From contig OZ243961.1 in NCBI GenBank assembly GCA_965214605.1, forward strand, positions 4,064,001 through 4,128,000: a stretch of 64,000 nt of DNA. Reading direction: 5' to 3'. This document shows, in pieces, positions 50,032 to 61,120 of the stretch; position 1 is the stretch's first letter, and each line of letters begins with the position of its first letter. Under the pieces are notes generated by a model. The model had not been told where the DNA came from, ran no database searches, and saw nothing but the letters and a program-made list of their open reading frames with translations. The DNA comes from an uncultured Candidatus Binatia bacterium (GTDB lineage: Bacteria; Desulfobacterota; Binatia; Bin18). A program made the translations under genes and the position numbers.

Positions 50032-51195
50032 GTGAAAATCGCCTACTTTGACGCTTTCTCCGGGATCAGTGGAGACATGACGGTTGGCGCCTTTCTGCAG
50101 CTCGGTGTATCGCTTGACGCCCTACGGCATGAGCTGAATACGCTTGACCTGACCGGCTATCGGCTCCGTCAGACCGTCCGCCAGCGTAGCGGTATTCAGG
50201 CCACGAAATTCGAGGTTGAGGTCCACCAGGTGCAGGGAGAACGCAGTGCTCGATCCATTACTGATATGCTCCGGACGGGTGGTCTCGTCCCCCAAGTCCG
50301 GGATACAGCGTTGCGTATTTTTGACGTCTTAGCCCGAGCCGAGAGCCACATCCACGGCGTTCCACCTGAAGAGGTGCATTTTCATGAAGTCGGGGCGGTC
50401 GACTCGATTGTCGACATTGTCGGAATCGCATTTGGTCTCCACACCCTCGGTATTGAACAGGTGTATGTCTCACCCCTCCCAATGGGTAGCGGGGTGGTGG
50501 CGTCACGGCATGGCCTCTTGCCCGTTCCTGGGCCAGCCACGCTTGAGCTCCTCAAGGGTTTCCCGGTGTGTTTAGCCGACGGCCAGAGTGAGCTGGTAAC
50601 GCCGACCGGGGCGGCAATCCTTGCTGCGGTCGCCCAGCCCGGAACCGTTCCTGCCGTACAGATTGAGGCGGTCGGGTATGGAGCTGGAGAGAGGGAACTG
50701 AGTGATCGTCCGAATCTACTCCGGGTGATCCTTGGCCACACCCACCAGCCGCCTCGGACCGATCAGCTGCTAGTCTTGGAAACAAATATCGACGATCTTA
50801 ATCCCGAGTTCTATGAGCATATCATGGAGCGCGTGCTGAGCGCGGGGGCGCGCGATGTCTTTTTATGTCCCATTCATATGAAGAAGAATCGCCCCGGGAT
50901 TCTGCTGTGGGTGTTGTGTGAGGCCGCAGACCGGGAACGCCTGAGCGGGCTGCTCTTTGCCGAGACCTCAACCTTGGGGATTCGCGTCTATCCGGTTGAG
51001 CGGTTGGCGCTGCGACGTGAACACACCAGCCTTGAGACCCCCTATGGGCGGATAGGCCTCAAGCTGGCACATCGACCGGATGGGCGCATCCACATCGCTC
51101 CCGAGTATGAAGACTGCAAACGTTGTGCGCGGGAGCACGACGTGCCGCTCAGCGTGGTGTATGAGGCAGCCCTGCACTTGGCACGGGAGGGATAG
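50032..51195 (+). CDS. larC: Nickel pincer cofactor biosynthesis protein LarC
   Basis: SGISGDM, HFHEVGAVDSIVD, ELVTPTGAA, ETNIDD, MKKNRPG, PEYEDC. Confidence 0.95.
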   Translation: MKIAYFDAFSGISGDMTVGAFLQLGVSLDALRHELNTLDLTGYRLRQTVRQRSGIQATKFEVEVHQVQGERSARSITDMLRTGGLVPQVRDTALRIFDVLARAESHIHGVPPEEVHFHEVGAVDSIVDIVGIAFGLHTLGIEQVYVSPLPMGSGVVASRHGLLPVPGPATLELLKGFPVCLADGQSELVTPTGAAILAAVAQPGTVPAVQIEAVGYGAGERELSDRPNLLRVILGHTHQPPRTDQLLVLETNIDDLNPEFYEHIMERVLSAGARDVFLCPIHMKKNRPGILLWVLCEAADRERLSGLLFAETSTLGIRVYPVERLALRREHTSLETPYGRIGLKLAHRPDGRIHIAPEYEDCKRCAREHDVPLSVVYEAALHLAREG

Positions 51196-52003
51196 AAGTG
51201 GGAGGAGCCGCCCCTGCAATCGTGAACTTGACCGCTCTTGAAGTCTTCCGTTCAGGTGGCGGGTGTGGAATGCGCGTTAGGTGGAAGCCTGACAAAGATC
51301 ATGGCCACAATTCAGTTTAAAGGGGCGAGTTGGTAAGATCACGATGAGCTGGTGCTTATAGAGACGCGCTGTCTTCTTTCTCTGATGAGAGAGCCCTGCT
51401 TTTCGATCTCGACGCGGAGATGTCTCTTGCGCAAGCGGCCGTCTTCAATAGGGCTGCGTTTCAGAGCCAGGGTTTCAAGGGGGACTCATATACTGAACGC
51501 CCCTTAGTAGTTTGGGGCTTGATACCTTGGCGGCTCCCCAAATCTCCTTGTTAGGAGTTCTCTGTCCTTCATCCTCTAAGGGAAGGGCGCTGTCGGCTCG
51601 ACACACAGAGATTCGATTTCCCCCACCTGTCTCACCCATAGATTTGAGGCATAGACATAAACGCCTCGTTTCGTTCGTGTTGAGGAGGTTGTATCGAGCC
51701 TCTCGTTACTGTTGCGGACTAGATTTTCGCACGATCAAGACGCTTGATTCTGAATACCTTCGTGATGTCTACTTGACCAAATCTCGCCTCATACTTGTTG
51801 CACCGAAAGAATTTACGGTGTCGATCCGCGTTGCTGACCGAACTGACTCGTCATATATAGTGTGGTCTTTCAGAGCTGGTATGAGAAATCTATAGAAAAT
51901 CGAAAGATCATTAATGAAGAGGGGAGTCCAAACAATTAGAGGAGAAGGCAGGTATGTGTTCTGTCGTAGTTGCGTTAAGTCTATTTTCCCCCATAAAAAA
52001 GAC

Positions 52004-52453
52004 CTACCGTACGAGGTCGGCCAGCACTTCGGTCGGGTGTGAGCGGGCACTGACGCTGGCGTAAACACGCTCAATCTTTCCGTTCTCGTCAATCAGATAG
52101 CTGATCCGTTTGGCATAGCCGGCTTTGGCATCCTCGCACGCGCCGTAAGCCAGACCGAGGGAGCGTTGGGTATCGCATAACAGTGAGAACGGGAAGTCGA
52201 ACTTTTGGGCAAAGGCCGCGTTGTCGGCCACGTTATCAAAGCTCACCCCTAGGACCTCGACGTTCTGGTCTTGAAACGCGGCGTGTTGATCGCGGAACCC
52301 GCGACCCTCGGTGGTTCAACCGGGTGTGTCGGCTTTGGGATAGAACCATAACAACACCTTTTTGCCACGGAGACTTGCCAGGCTGAGTTCCTGACCGCGA
52401 TGGGTCAGGACGCTGAAGGCTGGGGCGCTATCGCCGGGCTGTAGCATCGACAT
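52004..52453 (-). CDS. bcp: BCP/PrxQ peroxiredoxin, selenocysteine-containing (Sec46)
   Basis: AGGAGG RBS and ATG at 52453; FYPKADTPG-U-TTE with TGA at 52316-52318 replacing the peroxidatic Cys; frame continues to TAG at 52004. Confidence 0.88.
52288..52306 (-). promoter_or_regulatory. Putative bacterial SECIS element
   Basis: GGTCGCGG-GTT-CCGCGATC hairpin; GTT at +18..+20 after the TGA. Confidence 0.7.
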
Positions 52454-52505
52454 ACAAGACCTCCTTTGTCGGACGCGAAGACAACAGGCACTCCGAGTTT
52501 CCCCG

Positions 52506-54422
52506 TCAGGAAATACGGAGGAGGGCTGCTTGGTTTATCTCGATGGTCGCGTGTTTTTTCAAATGCTGCAGAAAGGCCTGGCTCATCTCGGCTCGTCTGC
52601 GCTCGGTGAATTCTTGCCGCAGACTGTCTTTTTCTCGCTCGAACTCTGCCATACTGGCCGGGATATATTCGATCCGCTCTACCACAAACATATTCCCGCC
52701 CCACGTATAAACGGCAGGGGCAATCGGGTCTTCGTCGGTCAGCCGAAAGACGGCTTTTTTCAGGTCTGCGAGGCTCCCGATCTTTGGAATATAACTCCCC
52801 TGGCGGGTAAATTCTCCGGTCTCTTCTATCTCCAAGCCTTCCTCTTCGGCCAGCGCGTCTAGAGAGTTGTTCTGCTTGACGCGCGCCAGCCAGTCTTCGG
52901 CTTTTTGCCTGGCTAACGCCTCGGCCTGTTCTGTCTGGTAGCGCCCTCTAACCTCCTCTTCCACCGTGCTAAAGTCCGGAATTTGCGACGGCCGTTTCTC
53001 GCGGGGGAGAACGAGGTAGGTTGTCTCACCCGCTTCGACGGGCGGGCTAGCCTGGTTGAGCTCGGTGTTAAAGGCGGCCACCAAGATCTGTGGCTGATGG
53101 CTGAGGTTGGGCAGCGTTTCGTTCCGGCCGACCCACGGACTCTCGACTAGCTGCAAGCCACGGGCCTCAGCGATGTCGGCTAGAGAGACGTTCGCCCCAA
53201 GCCGCCGTCGGTCTTCCTGGATGGCCCGCCGGACACGTTCTTGGCTCTCCTGGGCCATGAGTTCCCGCTGAATCTCGTCGCTCACCTCGTCGAGCAGACG
53301 TATCTGGGCAGGCTGTCTATCCTCTAGCTGAATAATGTGGAAGCCCAACTGGGTTTCGACCGGCTCGCTTACCTCACCAATATCGAGGCTAAACGCCGCG
53401 TCCTCGAATGGCTTGACCATCGTGCCACGACCGAAGTAGCCCAAATCACCACCCTTGGCACCGGTCGGCGTATCGTCAGAGTGCTCTTGGGCTAGCGTGG
53501 CGAAGTCTGCGCCGTCGCGGATCTGTTCGAGCAGCGCGCTCGCCACCGCCTGAACCACAGTCTTCTCTTCTTCGCTTGCGTTCGGATCGAGACTTAACAG
53601 GATGTGTCGTGCCCTGACCTGTTCCGGTGTGACGAAGCGAGTATCCTTTTCTCGTTGATAGACGGCTTCGATGTCTTGGGCCGAAACCGTGACGTCCGAA
53701 CTAAAGTGATCATGCGGGTAGGCGAGGTAGGCAAAGCGGATTCGTTCCGGCTGTCGAAAAGACTCTCTGTGAGTTTCGTAGAAGTTCTGCAGATCGTCGC
53801 TTTCGACCGACACCTCATCAAGCAGCGTCGCCGAGGCTATTTTGACGAACCGGAGATTGACCTTGTCCTGACGCGAGGCGAAGAGCTCTTGCAGCTCACC
53901 CTCCGAAATCTGGACCGTACTGAACATGAAGTCCTGGAACTTTTTGGTCAGCAGTTGGGTTCGCTGGTCGTCTTCAAACTCGCGGGGCGTCATCCGAAAG
54001 CTGCGCAACACCTGTCGATAGCGCTCAGGGCTAAACGAGCCGTAGGCCTGGAAGGCAGGCAGTTCGGCGATCGAGGCACGGACCTCATCGTCACTGACCG
54101 TCATCCCGATCCGCCGCGCCTCGGCCGCCATAAGCCGTACGTCGATCAACTGTTGGAGGGTCTGGTTTTTGAGGTTCAGGGTTTGGACTAATTCCGAACT
54201 CCAATTCTCCTTGTAAATGTTGCGATATGCCATCTGAACATTTTCGTAGGCGCGCCGAAAGTCCCGGACCGATATTGGACGGTCATCGACCGTGGCGACC
54301 GCATCGATAGCCTGGCCCTCATTCTGACCCCCGACTCCCCAGAAAATGAAGACTAGAGCGATGATGCCAAACAGGATTTTAATCCCAATTGAGCGAGTCC
54401 GTCGTCGCATGAAATCCAGCAT
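52506..54422 (-). CDS. ppiD: PpiD-like SurA-N/parvulin peptidyl-prolyl isomerase
   Basis: N-terminal TM anchor, ARHIL, GGDLGYF, PFEDAAF, VETQLGFHII. Confidence 0.88.
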   Translation of the reverse strand: MLDFMRRRTRSIGIKILFGIIALVFIFWGVGGQNEGQAIDAVATVDDRPISVRDFRRAYENVQMAYRNIYKENWSSELVQTLNLKNQTLQQLIDVRLMAAEARRIGMTVSDDEVRASIAELPAFQAYGSFSPERYRQVLRSFRMTPREFEDDQRTQLLTKKFQDFMFSTVQISEGELQELFASRQDKVNLRFVKIASATLLDEVSVESDDLQNFYETHRESFRQPERIRFAYLAYPHDHFSSDVTVSAQDIEAVYQREKDTRFVTPEQVRARHILLSLDPNASEEEKTVVQAVASALLEQIRDGADFATLAQEHSDDTPTGAKGGDLGYFGRGTMVKPFEDAAFSLDIGEVSEPVETQLGFHIIQLEDRQPAQIRLLDEVSDEIQRELMAQESQERVRRAIQEDRRRLGANVSLADIAEARGLQLVESPWVGRNETLPNLSHQPQILVAAFNTELNQASPPVEAGETTYLVLPREKRPSQIPDFSTVEEEVRGRYQTEQAEALARQKAEDWLARVKQNNSLDALAEEEGLEIEETGEFTRQGSYIPKIGSLADLKKAVFRLTDEDPIAPAVYTWGGNMFVVERIEYIPASMAEFEREKDSLRQEFTERRRAEMSQAFLQHLKKHATIEINQAALLRIS

Positions 54423-54644
54423 AGGCAGCTGTCTCCTTTGTACTCTCTATGCTCTACATATAATACAGCGTTATGATTTGTCTATGCGTGTCGAAGCAAC
54501 TCGATCTGCCGAGCTAGACTCTGCAAAGACCGCTTACAGAAAAATACCTTATACGAGACAGACTTGCTCTGAGGAGCCGATTTTGCTAATAACTCCATCT
54601 TAGGCCTCTTGCTTTTTAATAAGGTTATCGTATTAAGGAATTAA

Positions 54645-55676
<1,032 letters not shown>

Positions 55677-55714
55677 CTCCCAGACACAGCTCCTAATTTA
55701 CTGAGCAATCTGTT

Positions 55715-56545
55715 ATGCACGCTTGGCTCCGTCAGCGCAAGGTTCTTTTGTCGTGCGTATTCTTTCTGACCATTTCTGTGGTGTTGGCCGTGCTCAATGT
55801 TCGCGCTCCGTCTCGGCCTGATCCGGCTGGCGCACTTTTACTTGAGGCCATGCTCCCGCTTCAGCTTGGTGTGACGGCGATCGGCCGCGGCATTGAGCAG
55901 GTCTGGGATCAATACTTCGATCTGCGCTCCGTTCGTCGGGAGAACGAGACGCTCCGCCAACGGGTGGTAGAACTAGAGCAGCGCGTTCAGCGATCGACCG
56001 AAATGGACTTGGCTAACCAACGCCTCCGCCGTCTCCTCGACCTCCGGGCCGAAACCGAGGTCCCGATGGTTGGGGCACGGGTGGTTGGCCGCAGCCCTGG
56101 GCCGTGGGTCGCCCGTCTTGTGCTTGATAAAGGCACGCAAAATGGTATGAGGAAAGACTTGGCCGTGCTGGTTCCCGCGGGGGCGGTGGGACGGATCGTC
56201 TTTACCACCGCCCATACCGCACGGGTCCTGCTCGCCTCTGATCCGAGCAGCAGCATTGACGCTGTTGTACAGCGGACGCGTGAGCGAGGCGTTGTTGTTG
56301 GGACCGGGAATGGATGGGCAAGACTCAAGTATATACCTCAGGGAGCCGACATGAGAGTCGGTGATGTGTTGGTGGCCTCTGGGCTAGAAGGCATATTTCC
56401 CAAAGGTTATCCTCTTGGCAGTATCTTCCGGATTGGAACGAAGGGCGGAGAGATGTTTGAAGATGTGGAGGTCCGGCTGAATGTTGAATTTGCCAAGCTG
56501 GAAGAGGTTCTGGTCACCACTAGCGGTCCCCAATACACTCAATAG
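55715..56545 (+). CDS. mreC: Rod shape-determining protein MreC
   Basis: TM helix plus coiled coil, LDKG, SGLEGIFPKG; operon position. Confidence 0.95.
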   Translation: MHAWLRQRKVLLSCVFFLTISVVLAVLNVRAPSRPDPAGALLLEAMLPLQLGVTAIGRGIEQVWDQYFDLRSVRRENETLRQRVVELEQRVQRSTEMDLANQRLRRLLDLRAETEVPMVGARVVGRSPGPWVARLVLDKGTQNGMRKDLAVLVPAGAVGRIVFTTAHTARVLLASDPSSSIDAVVQRTRERGVVVGTGNGWARLKYIPQGADMRVGDVLVASGLEGIFPKGYPLGSIFRIGTKGGEMFEDVEVRLNVEFAKLEEVLVTTSGPQYTQ

Positions 56546-57044
56546 TGAAGCTTCGGCTCGGGTTCTCGCCCGTTCTCTCGGGGCCTTGGTACTGACCGGC
56601 CTAGGCGCCATTGTCTTACAGGTCAGTGTCTTCCTCCGCTTTTCGATTGGCCCCGATCTTCTCTTAATTCTGTCCGTCTATATCGGGATCTACTATCCTT
56701 CAGTCGGCGGAGCGGCAGCCGTTTTTTTCCTGGGTTATCTGTTTGACAGTAGCTCGGGCACGCCGGGTGGGGGACACGCGTGTGCCTTGAGCGTGGTGTT
56801 TGCGGCCGTTGTCCTTGTGTCTCACCGTCTGTGGCTGAATAATCCCGTGTCTGTCCTCAGTCTGGTCTTGCTGGCGGTCGGTTTGAAAACCCTCACCCTG
56901 TTCAGTCTCAGCCGGCTGGGATCGTTCGTCCTTGAGGCCCCTCGGCTGATGTTCAGTGCTGTGGTGTGGGATGCGGCGCTGACTATGCTGCTGACCCCGC
57001 TTGTATTTACTCTGCTGTACCGCCCCCAGGGGGCAGATCGGTAA
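56481..57044 (+). CDS. mreD: Rod shape-determining protein MreD (start uncertain)
   Basis: Hydrophobic, PDLLL and GYLFD..SG motifs; operon position. Confidence 0.85.
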   Translation: MLNLPSWKRFWSPLAVPNTLNSEASARVLARSLGALVLTGLGAIVLQVSVFLRFSIGPDLLLILSVYIGIYYPSVGGAAAVFFLGYLFDSSSGTPGGGHACALSVVFAAVVLVSHRLWLNNPVSVLSLVLLAVGLKTLTLFSLSRLGSFVLEAPRLMFSAVVWDAALTMLLTPLVFTLLYRPQGADR

Positions 57045-57050
57045 AGAACA

Positions 57051-58868
57051 ATGGCTGGCCCTTCCGACCTGCTTGACACCCCCGACATAGCCGCATCTCG
57101 TCTAAGTACGTTGGGCATCGCCATGTGCAGCCTGCTGGTCATGCTGCTCGCTCGCCTATGGTTTCTTCAATTGGAAGAGGGTGTGAACTTCCGGGAGCGG
57201 TCTGAGCGCAATCGGCTGCGCTTCCAGCGCATCGCTGCGGTTCGGGGCAAGCTGTACGATCGTCTGGGGCGGTCGCTGGCCGATAACCAACCCTCTTTCG
57301 ATGTTGTGTTGAGACCCGAATATATTCCCGACGTGGACCAGGCTCTCGCCGTACTCGCCGGCTATCTGCCTGACAGCCATCTCTTGCCTGCCGAGCGCCG
57401 TTTGCTCCACGACCCGCATCGTCCTACCGGCGCGGGGATCGTCGTAGCGCAGGACGTTGACTGGCCGACCATGTTAGCGGTTGAGTCCCATCTCTACGAC
57501 ATGCCCGGGATCAGTATTGAAGCCCGTTCCAAGCGCGCCTACTCCAGAGGGAATTTGGCGGCCCACCTTTTGGGATATGTCGGTGAGGTCAGTCAGCGTG
57601 AATTAGACCAGTCGACCGATTATCGACGTGGCGATATCGTCGGAAAGTTTGGAGTCGAAAAGACCTGGGACAAGGCCCTGCGGGGGCGGAGCGGTGGGCG
57701 GCAGGTTGAGGTCAACGCTAGCGGGAGACACCTGAGGACGATTGAAGATGTGCCGACACAGCCTGGTCATAACCTCATTCTCACCATCAACGTTGACCTG
57801 CAACAAGAGGCTGAAGATGCGCTGGGTGGAAGGCCCGGTGCAGTTGTTGCCATAGACGTGTCTAACGGTGAGGTGCTGGCCTTAGCGAGCGCCCCGACTT
57901 TTGATCCTAACGTTTTTGCCCGCGGGGTCCGAGGCGAAGAGTGGAATGTGTTACGCGCTGACCCGCTCCATCCGATGACAAACAGAGCCGTTCAAGGTCA
58001 GTACCCACCGGCCTCCACCTTCAAGCTGATCAGTGCCATCGCCGCCCTTTCAGAGGGGGTGGTGACTCCCGACACGCAGGTCTATTGCCCAGGCTCCTTG
58101 CGGGTAGGAGGGCGCCGGTTCCGGTGCTGGCGGCAACGAGGACACGGCAGCGTGGATCTCCGCCGGGCACTGGCGGAGTCGTGCGATGTGTATTTCTATC
58201 AGGTTGGCCGTCAACTCGGCATTCAGCGTCTTGCCACTTACGCGCGTCGTTTTGGTTTGGATGAACCGCTCGGGATCGGACTTGCCTATGAAGCCCCTGG
58301 GATTATTCCAGACCCGACCTGGAAGCAAAGACAGATTGGTGAACCTTGGTATCTGGGAGAGACCATTTCAGTCGTAATCGGCCAGGGATACGTCACTACA
58401 ACGCCGCTGCAAATGGTCGCGGTGGCCGCTGCAGTGGCCAACGGCGGGACTGTCTACCGTCCGCATGTGGTCAAACAGGTCATTGCCACCGATGGACAGG
58501 TGGTCGAGAGCCAGACCCCACATATCGTCAGTCGGACTGGAATAGCCGCTGAGTATTTACAGGTGATCACCGAAGGGATGGTCGACGTCGTCCATCAATC
58601 CTACGGCACCGGCCGGCGGGCCCAGGTATCAGGCGTCCGTGTTGCCGGAAAGACGGGTACGGCCCAGGTCATCAGCGGCCGCGGCGGAGGCAGTCAGCAG
58701 ATTGCCCGCCGCTTTCGAGATCACGCCTGGTTTGTAGCCTTCGCACCTGCCGACGCACCCCAGATAGCGGTGGTCTGTCTGCTTGAACACGCTGCCTCTG
58801 GGGGAGGGAAGGTCGCCGCTCCTGTGGTCCAGAAAGTTCTCAGCGCGTATTTCTCCTTGGTTCAGTAA
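57051..58868 (+). CDS. mrdA: Penicillin-binding protein 2
   Basis: RGKLYDR, STFK, SCD, KTGTAQ. Confidence 0.96.
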   Translation: MAGPSDLLDTPDIAASRLSTLGIAMCSLLVMLLARLWFLQLEEGVNFRERSERNRLRFQRIAAVRGKLYDRLGRSLADNQPSFDVVLRPEYIPDVDQALAVLAGYLPDSHLLPAERRLLHDPHRPTGAGIVVAQDVDWPTMLAVESHLYDMPGISIEARSKRAYSRGNLAAHLLGYVGEVSQRELDQSTDYRRGDIVGKFGVEKTWDKALRGRSGGRQVEVNASGRHLRTIEDVPTQPGHNLILTINVDLQQEAEDALGGRPGAVVAIDVSNGEVLALASAPTFDPNVFARGVRGEEWNVLRADPLHPMTNRAVQGQYPPASTFKLISAIAALSEGVVTPDTQVYCPGSLRVGGRRFRCWRQRGHGSVDLRRALAESCDVYFYQVGRQLGIQRLATYARRFGLDEPLGIGLAYEAPGIIPDPTWKQRQIGEPWYLGETISVVIGQGYVTTTPLQMVAVAAAVANGGTVYRPHVVKQVIATDGQVVESQTPHIVSRTGIAAEYLQVITEGMVDVVHQSYGTGRRAQVSGVRVAGKTGTAQVISGRGGGSQQIARRFRDHAWFVAFAPADAPQIAVVCLLEHAASGGGKVAAPVVQKVLSAYFSLVQ

Positions 58869-58887
58869 CGGAAGTAAGGAGGGGGAG

Positions 58888-59988
58888 GTGTTCGACCGGC
58901 GGCTTATCACCCATTTTGAATGGCTGCTGTTCTTGTTGACACTCCTGCTGCTTGGTATTGGCGCGCTAGCGGTGTACAGCGCCACCTATACTGGTGGATC
59001 GCAGCTGAGCCCCACATTTGTCCGTCAGATGATATGGCTCGGGGTCGGCTGTGTTGGCATGGCGGTCGGGATTGGCATTGATTATCACCGCTTTGAAACA
59101 TGGGCCTATCCGCTGTATGCGGGCGCTTTCGTACTCCTGGCGCTCGTATTGCTGGTCGGCTCTGTCGGGGGCGGGGCGCAGCGTTGGCTTGTTTTTGGTC
59201 CGGTGTCCCTTCAGCCGTCCGAGTTCACAAAAATCGCCCTCCTGCTGGTTATCGCCCGATTTTTTCAGCGCTATGCGCCGCAGGACGGCTATGGCCTGCT
59301 TGATCTGTGCTACCCCGCGTTCCTGGTCCTCATTCCAGCCACTCTAGTCCTCCTGCAACCCAACCTTGGCACGGTCATCTTGTACGCCTTCCTCTTTGTC
59401 AGCCTGACCTTTGCCGCGGGACTGCGTTGGGGTTCGCTGACACTATTGGGCGCGCTCCTAGGCGCGCTTCTAGGGCTGTTGTGGTGCTTCGCGATGCAAC
59501 CGTACCAAAAAGAGCGGGTTGTATCGTTTCTCGATCCGGGTCGTGATCCGTTAGGGACGGGCTACCACTTGGCGCAGTCCACGATCTCGGTCGGCTCAGG
59601 GATGTTCTGGGGCAAAGGCTTTTTGCAGAGCACCCAGAATCGGCTCGATTTTCTGCCGGAGACCCATACCGATTTTGTGTTTGCCGTGTTTGCCGAAGAA
59701 TGGGGCTTTGTCGGAGCGGTTGGGCTCATCGGGCTGTACGGGCTGATGCTGCTTCGGCTGCTGGTCATTGCCCGGCGAGCCCGGGACCGTTTTGGCTCGC
59801 TGATTGCGGTTGGGGCGGCAGCGCTCATATTTTGGCCGACCCTGTTTAATGTCGGGATGAATATCGGGGTCCTGCCGGTAGTCGGTATCCCCTTGCCTTT
59901 AGTCAGCTATGGCGGGTCGTCCCTGTTAACCATCATGATCGCAATTGGCCTGGCCCTCAATGTGAGTACCAGGCGAGCGATTTTCTGA
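58888..59988 (+). CDS. rodA: Rod shape-determining protein RodA
   Basis: QPSEFTK, LPETHTDF..AEEWG, GIPLPLVSYGGSS. Confidence 0.96.
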   Translation: MFDRRLITHFEWLLFLLTLLLLGIGALAVYSATYTGGSQLSPTFVRQMIWLGVGCVGMAVGIGIDYHRFETWAYPLYAGAFVLLALVLLVGSVGGGAQRWLVFGPVSLQPSEFTKIALLLVIARFFQRYAPQDGYGLLDLCYPAFLVLIPATLVLLQPNLGTVILYAFLFVSLTFAAGLRWGSLTLLGALLGALLGLLWCFAMQPYQKERVVSFLDPGRDPLGTGYHLAQSTISVGSGMFWGKGFLQSTQNRLDFLPETHTDFVFAVFAEEWGFVGAVGLIGLYGLMLLRLLVIARRARDRFGSLIAVGAAALIFWPTLFNVGMNIGVLPVVGIPLPLVSYGGSSLLTIMIAIGLALNVSTRRAIF

Positions 59989-60312
59989 TTAGACGAGATT
60001 TTTAATCGCCGCTTCGAGTCTGGCCTGTGGCACGGCTCCCACAATCTGCTCTTGGAGTTCTCCGCCCTTGAATAGGATCAGGTTCGGAATACCCCGGACA
60101 TTGTAGTTGGCAGGGGTTTTGGGGTTGTCGTCCACGTTCAGCTTGACGACTTTGAGTTTCCCGTCGTACTTCCCGGCCAGGGCTTCGACGGTCGGGGCTA
60201 TAGCTTTGCACGGCCCACACCAGGGTGCCCACAGGTCGAGGAGAACCGGCAGCTCGGATTGTAGAACTTCGGTATCGAAATTCTGGTCGGAAACGTTCGT
60301 CACATTAGCCAT
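59989..60312 (-). CDS. trxA: Thioredoxin
   Basis: WAPWCGPCK; AGGAGG RBS before ATG 60312. Confidence 0.96.
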   Translation of the reverse strand: MANVTNVSDQNFDTEVLQSELPVLLDLWAPWCGPCKAIAPTVEALAGKYDGKLKVVKLNVDDNPKTPANYNVRGIPNLILFKGGELQEQIVGAVPQARLEAAIKNLV

Positions 60313-60345
60313 AGGCTTCCTCCTTAGGGTTACAGCGTCGTTTTT

Positions 60346-60438
60346 AGATACCAAAAATATATGCAGTTTTTGCCCAAGGGCAAGCGTCTTGGGCAATGCC
60401 ATTGCGTCGTCGCCTCTAGAGATACCAAAAAATATATG
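60346..60438. repeat. 19-bp direct repeats flanking a 9-N9-9 inverted repeat upstream of trxA
   Basis: agataccaaaaatatatgc at 60346-60364 and 60420-60438; ttgcccaag-N9-cttgggcaa at 60370-60396. Confidence 0.75.
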
Positions 60439-61120
60439 CTGAACCTAGTCCTATGCTGAGAAATTTGAGGTTGGATACAAAGAGAGGAAAAAGGTCGACC
60501 TGACCACCCGGACTCAGAGAGAAGTCCAACTATGCCGTCCTAATAGCTCGCTTTCCATTTCACGAGACGTCTCTCGCGGGTTTGTGGCGCTGGCCTGTAT
60601 GTGTATCACCTCCCGCACGGTCGGGATACCGATCAGACCCACCACTGTCTGGGTGTTCAGCGAAGGATGGGGAGACGTGTAGTATCAAACACGCCCTGTT
60701 GGCCCAAGAGTAAGAGCTCTCGGTTGCCTTAGCACTCGGCATCTACTACATGACTAGGGGCAAGACTCACGGTGTTGAGCCGGCGCTAGACTGCTATAGT
60801 CTGGGCGGCATTCCTGAGGCCCATTGTCATCTGCGCTACACCGACCACCCGAACCCGTATCAGGGTGACACCAGAGCGGGGTCCATTGAGGGTCACAGAA
60901 GAGAGTATCGCTTCCGAACAGATTGGCAGCTTCAGAGTTTTATGACATCAGCAGTTTTAATACGCTTGGATAACGACCGACGCCCCAGGCCGGCCCTGAA
61001 GCTTCTGAGGACAGATGGAGAAGTCGTGATCAGTGTCTTGCCGCGCCCGTCCAGAGACTCGGTCACACCGTCCCGTTGGCCTCTTGACTCCCTGCCCAGA
61101 GCCCTCTAGGGGAGGATGCT

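Noticed and set aside
51196-52003. ORFs 51512-51895 and 51769-52092
   Set aside because: No recognisable motifs or RBS, and atypical composition
60729-60755. CIRCE element (TTAGCACTC)
   Set aside because: Only the left half-site is present and no chaperone gene follows
60480-61109. ORF 60750-61109 or a riboswitch before hpnA
   Set aside because: No family motif or riboswitch consensus recognised
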